From assembly GCA_035650735.1 (NCBI GenBank), contig DASRGZ010000142.1, positions 1-64,000 of the forward strand: 64,000 nt of DNA, in the 5' to 3' direction. This DNA comes from Chthonomonadaceae bacterium. GTDB taxonomy: Bacteria; Armatimonadota; Chthonomonadetes; Chthonomonadales; Chthonomonadaceae. Made by a program: the position numbers and the translations under genes. Shown in pieces: positions 54,290 through 64,000 of this stretch. The notes below the pieces were generated by a model. That model saw nothing but the letters and a program-made list of their open reading frames with translations. It had not been told where the DNA came from and did not search any database. Every line of letters begins with the position of its first letter. The first letter of the stretch is position 1.

Positions 54290-55219
54290 ATGGCGCGGCC
54301 CTCCTTTGGCTGGAACCGCTGCGATTGCGCGCATAATCCGATCAACCTGCCGGTCACGCTCTCCAGCGGGCAGAGCTTTCGCTGGCGGCGGGACGCGGAA
54401 GGTATCTGGTGGGGCGTTGTCGGGAGGAGCGTCGTCGCGGCGCGGCAGGAGGAGGGCCGACCAGACAGCCCGCTCTACTGGCAGACTTTCCCGGAGCCGG
54501 GTCGCCAGGACATCATAGCCGATTACTTCCGGCTCGACGTGGAGGTGACGGCGCTCTACGCGGAGTGGATCGCGATGGAGCCGCGCATCCTGCCGGCGAT
54601 TGCCGCCTTTCGTGGGCTGCGGGTGCTGCGCCAACCGCCGGTGGAATGCTTTTTCGCCTTTCAATGCGCCGCCTGCAACACGGTGGTCAAGATCGAGCGC
54701 AGCGTCCGCCGACTTGCCGAGCGCTATGGCGAGCCGATAGAGACCGGGCTGGCCGACGCTCCGTTCGACTTCTTCGCCTTCCCGACTCTGGAAGCTCTGG
54801 CCAATGCGGACGAGGCGGCCCTGCGCGCCGATCTCTGGGGCTACCGCGCGCCCCGCGTGATCGCGCTGGCCCGCCACCTGCTCCAGTTACCGCCCGGCTG
54901 GCTGGAGTCGCTGCGCCAGGCGCCCTATGTCCAGGCGAAAGCGGAGCTGATGGGGCTGTTCGGGGTGGGGGCGAAGCTGGCAGACTGCATCTGCCTGTTT
55001 GCGCTGGATAAGGACGAGGCCGTGCCGGTGGATACGCACGTCCGCCAGATCGCCTGCCGCCTGTTCCTGCCGGAGTTGTCCGGCAAGACGCTGACGCCGC
55101 GCGTCTATGAGGCCATCGCCGACGCCTTTCGCGCCCGCTTCGGCGCGTATGCGGGCTGGGCGCAGCAGTACCTTTACTTCGGCCAGCTTCACCGCGTCCG
55201 GGACTTCCTCCGCGAATAG
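54290..55219 (+). CDS. 8-oxoguanine DNA glycosylase (OGG1-like, HhH-GPD)
   Basis: TL.SGQSFRW, GLRVLRQ, GYRA, GVGAKLADCI.LF, PVDTHV, AGWAQQYL. Confidence 0.92.
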   Translation: MARPSFGWNRCDCAHNPINLPVTLSSGQSFRWRRDAEGIWWGVVGRSVVAARQEEGRPDSPLYWQTFPEPGRQDIIADYFRLDVEVTALYAEWIAMEPRILPAIAAFRGLRVLRQPPVECFFAFQCAACNTVVKIERSVRRLAERYGEPIETGLADAPFDFFAFPTLEALANADEAALRADLWGYRAPRVIALARHLLQLPPGWLESLRQAPYVQAKAELMGLFGVGAKLADCICLFALDKDEAVPVDTHVRQIACRLFLPELSGKTLTPRVYEAIADAFRARFGAYAGWAQQYLYFGQLHRVRDFLRE

Positions 55220-55260
55220 ACCGCGTCGCATGGCTGCCTCGATCTACTTCTTTTCGAGGT

Positions 55261-55572
55261 CTACTCGTTTTTTTGAGGTTGGCTCGGCGAACTGCCATTC
55301 TCCAAACACATTACGAACATATTCGTATCGCTCTGGAACACGAATTGCTTGAGACGCCAGCCGCGTGAGTAATAGGCGTTCGCGTTGGTCGGTAAGCTCT
55401 CCAATTTTCAGGCGGTGAAAATATACTGATCGTTTGACGTTTTTGCTAATGGCAAATCTTCCACGCGTGCTTCTTGAGCCGAGGATTTGCGCGTCAGAGA
55501 TATGATTAGGTTTGCTGTAAGCAATAGAACGCACAGCAACAGTAGAGAACGCGTTTGCATGAACTGTTTCAC
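55261..55572 (-). pseudogene. Small secreted protein gene interrupted by an in-frame TGA
   Basis: AGGAG RBS, GTG start, signal-like LLLLCVLLLTANLIISL...SSA-Q; TGA at 55408-55410, after which the frame stays open for 48 more codons. Confidence 0.5.
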
Positions 55573-55714
55573 GAAAACATCTCCTGACCTAAAAGAAGGG
55601 TATTGCTGAATGCAATAAGGTTACAAACAGGAGTTCGGTAAGGCTTACAAGAACTCCTGCTCTGAAGCAACTGGAGATGGTTTTTGTATGCCCGACAGCT
55701 ATTAGGAAGGGGGC

Positions 55715-55743
55715 GGAACTGGCGGCGACCCCAACCCGTCTAA
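55715..55743 (+). promoter_or_regulatory. Putative ECF-sigma promoter
   Basis: GGAACT-N16-CGTCTAA upstream of the methyltransferase. Confidence 0.4.
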
Positions 55744-55992
55744 CCTTCATCGCGCGCAGGCACAGGCCGTATCCCGATTGCAGCAAAGCAGGCGGAGACC
55801 ACTGCGGATCAAACGTACAGGGACTCTGGGTCCTTTACGTGAGAATCCCATCGGAAAGACGCAGTGATAGGTCAGCCCTGTGCGCGAGTAGGGCCGCACT
55901 CCAGGGGACAGGCGCGTGGCCGCAGGGCACAATGGGCGCTGCTGCGGTTTTCTATTGCCCGGAGCTGGCCTCGCGCACGCGGGAGGGTCAGG

Positions 55993-57081
55993 GTGAGCAC
56001 TCAAATAGGGGAGCAGGCACTGCCGCGCGCAGCCGCGAAAGAGGCCAAGACGCCGGGGCTGAAGCCGGAGGTCGAGGTCGCCTGCGTGGTCTGCGGCGGC
56101 AATACCTTTGAGATAATCTGTTCGGCGCATGAAATTGAGGTACAGCGGGAGTATCTGCGCGCGTTCCACCGCCGCCGCCTGCGTCCCGAAGCGCCGCCCT
56201 CCGCGCTTGCCGACCGCGCCGAGTTCACCCAGGACTACTCTACCAACGTGGAGGCATGTCGTTCCTGCGGCCTGGTGCTGCGCAACCCGCGCCCCAGCCG
56301 CAAGGCGATTTTCCTGGCCTACCGCCGAGATCACTACGGCCCGGAGCGCCTGCAGTCGCTCTTCGAGGCGCAACTAGAATGGGAACGTCCCAGGGCACGC
56401 GCTTTGCGGCGCTGGCTGCCGTCGGGGGCGCGTGTGGCGGAGGTCGGCAGTTTTGTGGGCGGCTTCCTGGCGGCGGGACGGGAACAGGGCTGGGAAATGC
56501 TGGGAGTAGACCCCGGCGAAGAGGTGGACGACTTCTGCGCCAGGCACGGGCTGCCGGTCTTCAAGGGAACGCTGGACGAGGCGCCGCTGCTGCCGGCCTC
56601 GCTCGACTGCGTGGCCATCTGGAACACCTTCGATCAGATGCCCGACCCGCACCCAACCCTGCGCGCGGCCCGTCGCCTGCTGCATCCCGGCGGCCTGCTG
56701 GCGGTGCGCGTGCCCAACGGCCGGTGCTTCCGAGCCTGCACGCACTGGCTACGGCGCGCTCGTCATACCCCGCTGCGCCCGCTCGCCGCCTGGCTGCTCT
56801 GCGCGATGGCCTGGAACAACCTGCTCGCCTTCCCCTACCTCTACGGCTACTCCGTCCCGACCCTGGATCGCCTGCTGGCCCGCTACGGCCTGGAGCGGGT
56901 AGGCGCGCGGGGCGATACGCTAGTACGCCTGGCGGATGCGCAGACGAAGCGCTGGGCGGCCTGGGAGGAGCGGCTTAGCAAAGCGGCCTTTCACCTGGCG
57001 GCCCGGATGGAGGCGCTCCATCCCCGCTGCCAGTTTACGCTTGCGCCCTGGCTGGATGTCCTCTATCGTCTCCCCGCCTGA
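55993..57081 (+). CDS. Class I SAM-dependent methyltransferase with CxxC...CxxC N-terminus
   Basis: CVVC...CRSCGL; VAEVGSFVGGFL; LLHPGGLL.V.VPN. Start uncertain. Confidence 0.85.
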   Translation: MSTQIGEQALPRAAAKEAKTPGLKPEVEVACVVCGGNTFEIICSAHEIEVQREYLRAFHRRRLRPEAPPSALADRAEFTQDYSTNVEACRSCGLVLRNPRPSRKAIFLAYRRDHYGPERLQSLFEAQLEWERPRARALRRWLPSGARVAEVGSFVGGFLAAGREQGWEMLGVDPGEEVDDFCARHGLPVFKGTLDEAPLLPASLDCVAIWNTFDQMPDPHPTLRAARRLLHPGGLLAVRVPNGRCFRACTHWLRRARHTPLRPLAAWLLCAMAWNNLLAFPYLYGYSVPTLDRLLARYGLERVGARGDTLVRLADAQTKRWAAWEERLSKAAFHLAARMEALHPRCQFTLAPWLDVLYRLPA

Positions 57082-57279
57082 CCGGCTCCCCTGCCATACA
57101 GGCTCCCGGAAAGAATACGGAAGGACGCTCCCCCCAACACCCAGAAGGGATATTGCCCCGGACTGAAGAAATAAATATGCGCATTTATTGCTCTCAAATT
57201 GCCTGATAGGCCGACCCGGTGAGGTTGGGCTTTGCTGCCCTGCCGCAAAGCACTCTCTGCGACCCGCAAAGCTCTCTTG

Positions 57280-57364
57280 ATGGCCCCTGCGCAGGGATCG
57301 AATGTTTCGTGGCTCGTGGTACGTGGCTCGTGATCCCTTTATGGCCCTTGCGCAGGGGTCGAAT
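57280..57364. repeat. Two 24-bp palindromic direct repeats
   Basis: ATGGCCC(C/T)TGCGCAGGG(A/G)TCGAAT at 57280-57303 and 57341-57364. Confidence 0.75.
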
Positions 57365-57439
57365 AGCCGTTATTGCTGTTCTGTAGACGCGGCAAGCCAG
57401 GGCGTCGCGGAACAGGGAGGAATCCGGGAGTCACGCTCT

Positions 57440-60400
57440 ATGCCGCCCCTTCTTGAGAATCTAGCCAGCTACGTCCCGGCCCTGATACTGCGCCGTTTTG
57501 CCAGGAGCGCCGATTCCGCCGCCGAGCCGGACCGACAATACTTCCCCGCCGCCGTTCTCTACGTGGATATAAGCGGCTTCACTGCGCTGACCCAACGGTT
57601 CGCCCAACGCGGCATGGAGGGGGTGGAGGAGCTTACCGCCCTGCTCAACGCCTACTTTGAGCCGCTAATTGAGCTAATTTCGGCCCATGGCGGCGACATC
57701 GTCAAGCTGGTGGGCGATGCGCTGATCGTGGTCTGGACGGCGGAGGAGACCCAAGAACCGCTCTCCAGCCTGGTCAGCCGGGCGGCGCAGTGCGGCCTAT
57801 CCATACAGTCCGTGCTCAACAACTATGCGGTGGCCGAGGGCATACGGCTGCTGCTGCGCGTGGGGATCGGGGCCGGCGAAGTCCTTCCGATGTACGTGGG
57901 CGGGGCCTACGATCGCTGGGAGCTGCTGCTGGCGGGCACGCCGTTTGTCCAGATGGGCGTCGCCGAGCAGCGGGCCCATCCCGGCGAGGTCGTCCTCTCG
58001 CCGGAAGCCTGGGCGCTTGTTCAGGACAGGTGCGCGGGCACTCCGGCGGAAGCGGGCTGCGTACGGCTGGAAGCGGTGCGCGGCGCGCTTCCCCTGCGCC
58101 CGATGGATTCGCCGCTTCCTCCTCGCGAAGCGGCCTCGGCGCTTTGGGCCTACCTTCCTGCGGCGGTTCGCTCCCGCCTTGCCGCCGGGCAGACGGAATG
58201 GCTGGCCGAACTGCGGCGGGTGACCGTGCTTTTCATCAACTTGCCGGACCTGGATTACCACACGCCGGACGGGCTGGAGCAGATACAGGTCATCATGCGG
58301 ACGCTCCAGGCCGCGCTGTATCGCTACGAAGGCAGCCTGAATAAACTGTTCGTGGATGATAAGGGCCTGACCATTATGGCGGCGATGGGACTGCCTCCGT
58401 TCGCCCATGAGAACGATGTCGTTCGCGGCGTGCAGGCGGCCCAGGAGATGCAGACCAGGCTGCGCGGGTTGGGCGCTCGCTGTGGCATCGGGATGGCGAC
58501 CGGGCGGGTCTTCTGCGGCGTGGTGGGCAGCGCGCGGCGCTGTGAGTACACCATGATCGGCGACGTGGTCAACCTGGCCGCCCGGCTGGCGGAGTTGGCC
58601 CAGGATGCTATTCTCTGCGACGCCGCCACCTGCCAGGCAGCCCAGGCGCGGGTGGCCTTTGAAACGCTGCCGCCCCTGAGCGTGCAAGGCTATACCGAGC
58701 CGGTTGCCGTCTACCGCCCGCACAAAGGAGCCCCTACGCCCGATAGCCAGCGTTCCCTGGTGGGACGGATACCGGAGCGGGCCCGGCTGGCGCAGTGCCT
58801 CGAAGCCCTCCGCAGCGGCGAGAGCGGCCTTGTCCTCATTGAGGGAGAGGCCGGAATGGGCAAATCCCGGCTGGTGGCTGACCTCCTGGATCGCGCCGCC
58901 GCCGACGACGTGACCCGGCTGGTCGGCGCAGGCGATGCCGTCGAGGAGTTCATGCCCTACCACGCCTGGCGGCCTATCTTTAGCCGCCTCCTGGAGATAG
59001 AGAGTCTCTCGGACCCGGAAACGCGACGCACCCATGTGCTCCACAGGCTCCAATCCGATCCGGAAGCGGCCTCGTTGGCTCCGTTATTGAACGCCATCCT
59101 GCCTCTGGACCTGCCGGAAAACGATCTGACCCGGGAGATGACCGGGCAGGTGCGCGCCGACAAGACGCACGAGTTGCTGCTGCGCCTCTTGCAGCAGGCG
59201 GTCCGCCAGACGCCGGCAGTGCTGGTGCTGGAAGATGCCCACTGGTTCGATTCCGCCTCCTGGAACCTGGCCCTGCTGGTCCATCAGCGCGTCGCGCCCG
59301 TCCTGCTCGTGCTGACCACGCGCCCGCTTTCCGATCCGCTTCCCTCAGACTACCGTCGGCTGCTCCAGATGCCTGGCCTGCACCGATTGTCGCTGGAGGC
59401 GCTGCTGCCCGCAGAGACGCTGACCCTGGTGTCCCACCGGCTGGGCGTGGCGGCGTTGCCGGAACTCGTCGCCGCGCTGATTCAGCAGAAAGCGCAGGGC
59501 AATCCGTTCTTCAGCGAAGAGCTGGCCTATGCCCTCCGGGACTCCGGCTTTCTCGTGATACAAGACGGGGTGTGTGAGGTCGCGCCCGACGTAGACCTGA
59601 GCGCCATCCAGTTCCCGGATACCGTGCAGGGCGTCATCCTGGGCCGCATTGATCGCCTCACGCCCTCCCAGCAGTTGACGCTCAAGGTGGCAAGCGTCAT
59701 CGGGCGCGCCTTTGCGTTTCGGATTTTGCGCGATGTCTATCCCCTGGAGCCGGACAAAGGGGCGATTCTGGACTATCTGGAAGCCCTGGTAAAGATGAAT
59801 TTGACAATGCTGGAGACGCCGGAGCCGGAACTGGCCTATATCTTCAAGCACGTCATTACCCAGGAGGTCGCTTACAACCTGATGCTCTTCGCGCAGCGGC
59901 GTCAGCTTCACCGCGCCATTGCCGAGTGGTATGAGCGCGCGCATGCGGAAGACCTTGCGCCTTTCTATTCCCTCCTGGCCTATCACTGGGGCCGGGCTGA
60001 AGACGCGCCGAAGGCTATGGACTATCTGGAGAAGGCCGGCGAGCAGGCGCTGCGGAATGGGGCCTATCAGGAAGCCATCGAGCTGCTGAGCGAGGCAATG
60101 GCGCTCTCTGCACACCATGCGTCCGGCGCGGCCTCGGAGGTGGATAGGCTGCGGCGGGCGCGTTGGGAGCGGCAGTTGGGAGAGGCGTATCTGGGGCTTG
60201 GCCACCGACCGGAGAGCCGTCAGCATCTCGAACGGGCGCTCGCTCTGCTGGGCTATCCGATTCCGACCTCCCGGGGGAAACTGGCGGTGAGCCTGGCCGG
60301 GCAGATGCTGGTGCAAGCTCTGCACCGAACGCGCCTCCGCTGGCTGGCAGGCCGCTACCGGAGGGCCGGCGCGGCGGCGCACGAGGCGGCGCGGGCCTAT

Positions 60401-61570
60401 GAGCGGCTGGCGGAGATATATTATATCGCCAATGAGACCGCCCGCTTGGTGCATGCCATGCTGCATACGGGCAATCTGGTGGAAGCGGGCGGCCCCTCTC
60501 CAGAGCTGGCGCGGGCCTACGGCAATCTCTGCCTGGCCGCCGGGGTCGTGCCGCTGCATCGGCTCGCCGCCCTCTATGATTGCCAGGCACGGGAGATCGC
60601 CCGGAAGGTCGGGCATCCTGCCGCGCTCGCCTGGACGCTGGAAGTGACCAGCATCTACCGGATCGGCCTGGGCCATTGGGAGGCAGCCCAGCAGGCGCTG
60701 GAACAGGCGATCTCCGTCTTTCAGCGCCTAGAAGACCGCTCCCACTGGTGCGAGTGCATGACGTTTCTGGGCGACGTAAGCTATCATCAGGGGCAGTTTG
60801 CGCGCTGCGCGCAAATCTATGTGGACCTCTATCATGCCGCCCTGAGCAGCGGCAATACGCAGGCACAAGCCTGGGGATTTCTTGGGCAGGCGCAGAGCGT
60901 CCTGGCGCTGGGACAGACAGATCAAGCGTTGAGGCTGGCGGAAAAGGTGGTGGAGCTGACGGTGGCGCAAACCACCGAGAGTATGGACCTGCCAAGCGGT
61001 ATCGTGGCCTATGCCGTCCTGGGTCTGGCCCATCTACAGCGTGGGGAGCAAGAGGCGGCTCAAAAAGCGGCGGAAGAAGGTCTGCGGCTCGCCAAGCGGG
61101 TTCCTCCGGCCTCTATCGGGGTCAGCGAAGGGTATACCTCGCTTCCCGAGGTCTTTCTGGCGCTCTGGGAGAAGGGGAACTTTGCTTCGGATGCTGAGCG
61201 GCAGCAGGTCGCGCTAGAGGCCCAGCAAGCCTGCGCGGTATTGAACCGGTACGCGCGGGTCTTTCCCATCGCCCGTCCACGCGCCTATCTCTGGCAGGGG
61301 CTGGCGCACTGGCTGGCGGGACGCTCCAGGCGCGCGCGGAGAGCCTGGCGCTGTAGCCTGGAGGCTGCAACGCGGCTGCACATGCCCTATGAAGAGGCCC
61401 TGGCGCACTACGAGATCGGGCGGCATTTGCCGCAGGGAGACCCCATCCGGCAGCGCCATCTCGATTCCGCCTGTGAGATCTTTACCCGGCTTGGCGCCTA
61501 CAGTCGCCTGGCCAGCGCCCAGGCAGCCGCCTCTCCGCAATGCCTTGGCACCCCTGCGGCGCTCCGTTGA
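57440..61570 (+). CDS. Soluble adenylyl cyclase-like protein (two class III cyclase domains + STAND-type ATPase + TPR)
   Basis: YVDISGFT, KLVGDA; DDKG, EYTMIGDVVNLAARL; Walker A GEAGMGKS, Walker B VLEDAHW, GNPFF; helical repeats. Confidence 0.92.
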   Translation: MPPLLENLASYVPALILRRFARSADSAAEPDRQYFPAAVLYVDISGFTALTQRFAQRGMEGVEELTALLNAYFEPLIELISAHGGDIVKLVGDALIVVWTAEETQEPLSSLVSRAAQCGLSIQSVLNNYAVAEGIRLLLRVGIGAGEVLPMYVGGAYDRWELLLAGTPFVQMGVAEQRAHPGEVVLSPEAWALVQDRCAGTPAEAGCVRLEAVRGALPLRPMDSPLPPREAASALWAYLPAAVRSRLAAGQTEWLAELRRVTVLFINLPDLDYHTPDGLEQIQVIMRTLQAALYRYEGSLNKLFVDDKGLTIMAAMGLPPFAHENDVVRGVQAAQEMQTRLRGLGARCGIGMATGRVFCGVVGSARRCEYTMIGDVVNLAARLAELAQDAILCDAATCQAAQARVAFETLPPLSVQGYTEPVAVYRPHKGAPTPDSQRSLVGRIPERARLAQCLEALRSGESGLVLIEGEAGMGKSRLVADLLDRAAADDVTRLVGAGDAVEEFMPYHAWRPIFSRLLEIESLSDPETRRTHVLHRLQSDPEAASLAPLLNAILPLDLPENDLTREMTGQVRADKTHELLLRLLQQAVRQTPAVLVLEDAHWFDSASWNLALLVHQRVAPVLLVLTTRPLSDPLPSDYRRLLQMPGLHRLSLEALLPAETLTLVSHRLGVAALPELVAALIQQKAQGNPFFSEELAYALRDSGFLVIQDGVCEVAPDVDLSAIQFPDTVQGVILGRIDRLTPSQQLTLKVASVIGRAFAFRILRDVYPLEPDKGAILDYLEALVKMNLTMLETPEPELAYIFKHVITQEVAYNLMLFAQRRQLHRAIAEWYERAHAEDLAPFYSLLAYHWGRAEDAPKAMDYLEKAGEQALRNGAYQEAIELLSEAMALSAHHASGAASEVDRLRRARWERQLGEAYLGLGHRPESRQHLERALALLGYPIPTSRGKLAVSLAGQMLVQALHRTRLRWLAGRYRRAGAAAHEAARAYERLAEIYYIANETARLVHAMLHTGNLVEAGGPSPELARAYGNLCLAAGVVPLHRLAALYDCQAREIARKVGHPAALAWTLEVTSIYRIGLGHWEAAQQALEQAISVFQRLEDRSHWCECMTFLGDVSYHQGQFARCAQIYVDLYHAALSSGNTQAQAWGFLGQAQSVLALGQTDQALRLAEKVVELTVAQTTESMDLPSGIVAYAVLGLAHLQRGEQEAAQKAAEEGLRLAKRVPPASIGVSEGYTSLPEVFLALWEKGNFASDAERQQVALEAQQACAVLNRYARVFPIARPRAYLWQGLAHWLAGRSRRARRAWRCSLEAATRLHMPYEEALAHYEIGRHLPQGDPIRQRHLDSACEIFTRLGAYSRLASAQAAASPQCLGTPAALR

Positions 61571-61589
61571 GGCTGCCCACTCCACCCAG

Positions 61590-61810
61590 CCTAACCCCCA
61601 GCCCCCTTCCCTGCCCGCTCGTACCTCGCTAGGGAAGGGGGACCCGGCTTCCGCTCTCCCCTCCCCTGTTCTTGGGGGAGGGGCCGGGGGTGGGGGCCTC
61701 TTCCTTCTGCCTTGCAGGGAGAAGGGCCGGGGATGAGGGGAGATAAAAGAGAACGGAAGTACCTGGCAGTGAAGACCCCTCCCCTTGAGAAGGAGAGGGG
61801 ACGAGGGTTG
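61590..61810. repeat. Composite REP-like palindrome
   Basis: GGGAGAAGGGCCGGGGATGAGGGGAGATAA is the reverse complement of 44100-44129. Confidence 0.75.
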
Positions 61811-61853
61811 AGTGCGCCCACTCTATAGACACCACCAATGGGAGAACGGAAAC

Positions 61854-62381
61854 ATGGATATTCTAGACCGGCTTTTAGGACATGACGCCTGGACAACACG
61901 GCAATTGTTGCTGCAATGCCGCGACTTATCGGAGGAACAGCTAGACCGCCCGTTTGATATTGGAAATAGAAGCCTGCGCGATACGTTGGAACATATCATC
62001 GCCTGCATGGAAAGTCATACCGACTTCCTGCTGAGACGAAGTTACGTGCCTGGAGGCCGGGACGACACATCCGTCGAGGGAATGCTCAGGCGATTGACGA
62101 TTGTCGCCAAAGACTTCGCCGAGCTTGCGACCCGGGTTCAACGGGAAGGCAGGGCGGATGAAATGATCACCAATCCAAATAGTGGCAATCGAAGGTCGCT
62201 GGGCGGTGTCATCGCCCATCTCCTCACCCACAGTATGCACCACCGTGCCCAGGCGTTGTACATGCTGGATCAACTGGGGGGCGAGAATGTGATTGAAGGC
62301 GACGTCCTCGGTTGGGAAGCGGCAGCGCGCGGTTGGGGTTGGGAGGATGGCGGGAGCTATGGCCGTATGAAAGCGGACTGA
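61854..62381 (+). CDS. DinB family protein
   Basis: SLRDTLEHI and HLLTHSMHHRAQ. Confidence 0.88.
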   Translation: MDILDRLLGHDAWTTRQLLLQCRDLSEEQLDRPFDIGNRSLRDTLEHIIACMESHTDFLLRRSYVPGGRDDTSVEGMLRRLTIVAKDFAELATRVQREGRADEMITNPNSGNRRSLGGVIAHLLTHSMHHRAQALYMLDQLGGENVIEGDVLGWEAAARGWGWEDGGSYGRMKAD

Positions 62382-62430
62382 GGTATGCAGTGATTCCTCC
62401 CTGGCCTGAAGGCATGGAGCTTTGCGGTGA

Positions 62431-64000
62431 TTATTGCGGAGCCTTCGAGGGCAGATCGTGGAGGGCGGCGTAGAGCCCGTGCGCGCGCAGCAGTTGGTCA
62501 TGCGTGCCCATCTCGGCGACCTGGCCGGCGTTGAGGACGGCGATCCGGTCGGCGTTCCGGATGGTGGTCAGGCGATGGGCGATAATCAGGGTCGTGCGGC
62601 CCTGCATCAGCCGCACCAGCGCCTGGCGCACCAGGGTTTCTGAGCGGGTATCCAGCGCGGAAGTCGCCTCGTCCAGCACCAGAATGCGCGGGTCTTTGAG
62701 GAGGGCGCGGGCGATGGCCACGCGCTGCCTCTGGCCGCCGGAGAGCGTAATGCCTCGCTCGCCCAACACCGTCTCGTAGCCGCGCGGCCATTGGGAAACG
62801 AACTCCTCCACATTGGCGGCGCGCGCTGCCGCCTCCACCTCGGCGTCCATTGCGGTCAGGCGGCCGTAGCGGATATTCTCGCGAATGGTGCCGTTGAAGA
62901 GGACGGGCTCCTGCGGGACAAGGCCGATATGCTCGCGCAGGTCCTGCCGCCGGATGGCGCTGATGGGAACGCCGTCTATACGGATGCACCCCTGCTGCGG
63001 ATCGAAGCGATAGAGCAAGAGCGCCAGCGTGGTCTTGCCGGCGCCGCTGGCGCCCACGAGGGCCGTAACTTTGCCTGCCGGAACGTCCAGCGACAGGCCG
63101 CAGAGCACGGGCGTATCGGGAGTGTAGGCGAAGTCTATCTGCTCGAAGGTGACGCGGCCAGGGCCATCCGGAAAGGGAAGGGCGTCCGGCGGGTCGGGCG
63201 TTTCTAAAGAATCGTCGAGAATAGCGAAGAGGCGGTCGGAGGCCCCGAGCGCGCGCTGCAGGCGTCCGTAGAGGGTGGCCAGGGAGGCCATCGGCCCGCT
63301 GATGAGGGTAATAGTCATCAGGAAGGCCAGCAGCGAGCCTGCCGAGAGTTGGCCGGCCAGGACGCTGCGCCCGCCGTACCAGACCAGGCCCAGGAGCATG
63401 CTGAGGAAGGCGGCGCTGACCAGCGTTCCCAATCCGGCATCGAACGCGCTGCTCTTGAGGGCCAGCCGGAACACGGTCTCCAGCTTTGCGCCCGCGCGCC
63501 TGTCCTCATGAGCCTCCCGCGCAAACGCCTTGACCAGCCGGATGTTAGAGAGCGCCTCCGTCATGCCGCCCATCGCCTCCGAGAGAGCCTCCAGCGCCTC
63601 CCGATGCAGCCCCCGCAGCCGCCGCCCCAGCAGCATAAACAGCGCCAGCGTTCCGGCGAGCAGGCCAACCACCACGCCCGTCAGCCGCGCGTCTATGGCT
63701 ATCGCCAGGGCCAGGCCGCCGACCAGCGTAATCAGGTTGCCTGCCAGACGCACCAGGTCTTCGGTGAGGGATTGCTGCAACTGGCTGACGTCGTTGGCCA
63801 AGCGGGAGGTCAGGTCGCCGGAGCGCGTGCGGTCGAAGAAGGCGACGGGCAGGCGCAGAAGATGGGCGTAGAGACGCCGGCGCACATCCAGCACGATGCG
63901 ATTGCCCGCGTAGGCGACCAGCACATACTGGCCATAGGTGAAAGCCGCGCCCAGCAGGATGAGGCCCAGTAGCGCCAGAGCCAGCCGGTCCACGGCGCCG
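62431..64000 (-). CDS. ABC exporter (fused permease + ATPase, MsbA-like), 5' end beyond the window
   Basis: GASGAGKTT, LSGGQRQR, LVLDEATSALD, IAHRL; TM domain upstream. Confidence 0.93.
   Translation of the reverse strand, partial: GAVDRLALALLGLILLGAAFTYGQYVLVAYAGNRIVLDVRRRLYAHLLRLPVAFFDRTRSGDLTSRLANDVSQLQQSLTEDLVRLAGNLITLVGGLALAIAIDARLTGVVVGLLAGTLALFMLLGRRLRGLHREALEALSEAMGGMTEALSNIRLVKAFAREAHEDRRAGAKLETVFRLALKSSAFDAGLGTLVSAAFLSMLLGLVWYGGRSVLAGQLSAGSLLAFLMTITLISGPMASLATLYGRLQRALGASDRLFAILDDSLETPDPPDALPFPDGPGRVTFEQIDFAYTPDTPVLCGLSLDVPAGKVTALVGASGAGKTTLALLLYRFDPQQGCIRIDGVPISAIRRQDLREHIGLVPQEPVLFNGTIRENIRYGRLTAMDAEVEAAARAANVEEFVSQWPRGYETVLGERGITLSGGQRQRVAIARALLKDPRILVLDEATSALDTRSETLVRQALVRLMQGRTTLIIAHRLTTIRNADRIAVLNAGQVAEMGTHDQLLRAHGLYAALHDLPSKAPQ

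Noticed and set aside
55244..55534. 96-aa ORF from the track
   Set aside because: No RBS or motif; the overlapping frame starting at 55572 has an RBS and a signal peptide.
57280..57364. Mini-CRISPR
   Set aside because: Two imperfect units, and the spacer is itself a low-complexity heptamer repeat.

Overview
A GC-rich bacterial chromosomal segment. The gene content (prepilin/H-X9-DG protein, CRTAC1/ASPIC-UnbV lipoproteins, DUF6785-like membrane proteins) suggests Armatimonadota, but this is inference only. Housekeeping genes are purB, tldD, pmbA, miaB, fdhD, pheA, accD/accA, aroF, an OGG1-like glycosylase and tRNA-Leu(TAA). They are mixed with carbohydrate and secretion genes and many intergenic palindromes and MITEs. 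Main observations: (1) a two-gene operon that the ORF track splits, each gene having an in-frame UGA at the catalytic position followed by a SECIS-like hairpin (a deiodinase-like selenoprotein, FGSYT-U-PPF, coupled to an AhpD-like CxxU protein). (2) Tandem orphan tail-fibre-like paralogs with conserved ends, variable middles, a duplicated structured leader and a micro-inverted downstream hairpin. (3) Two secreted proteins sharing an unrecognised ~45-aa repeat and an ECF-like promoter motif. (4) Two MITE families with target-site duplications, one nested at the end of the other. (5) A dispersed hairpin module with compensatory base changes, in one case apparently in frame inside a gene. (6) A LacI-controlled pilin-TPR-CRTAC1 operon. 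No CRISPR array, prophage or transposase was found. All family assignments come from reading motifs by eye, not from database searches.
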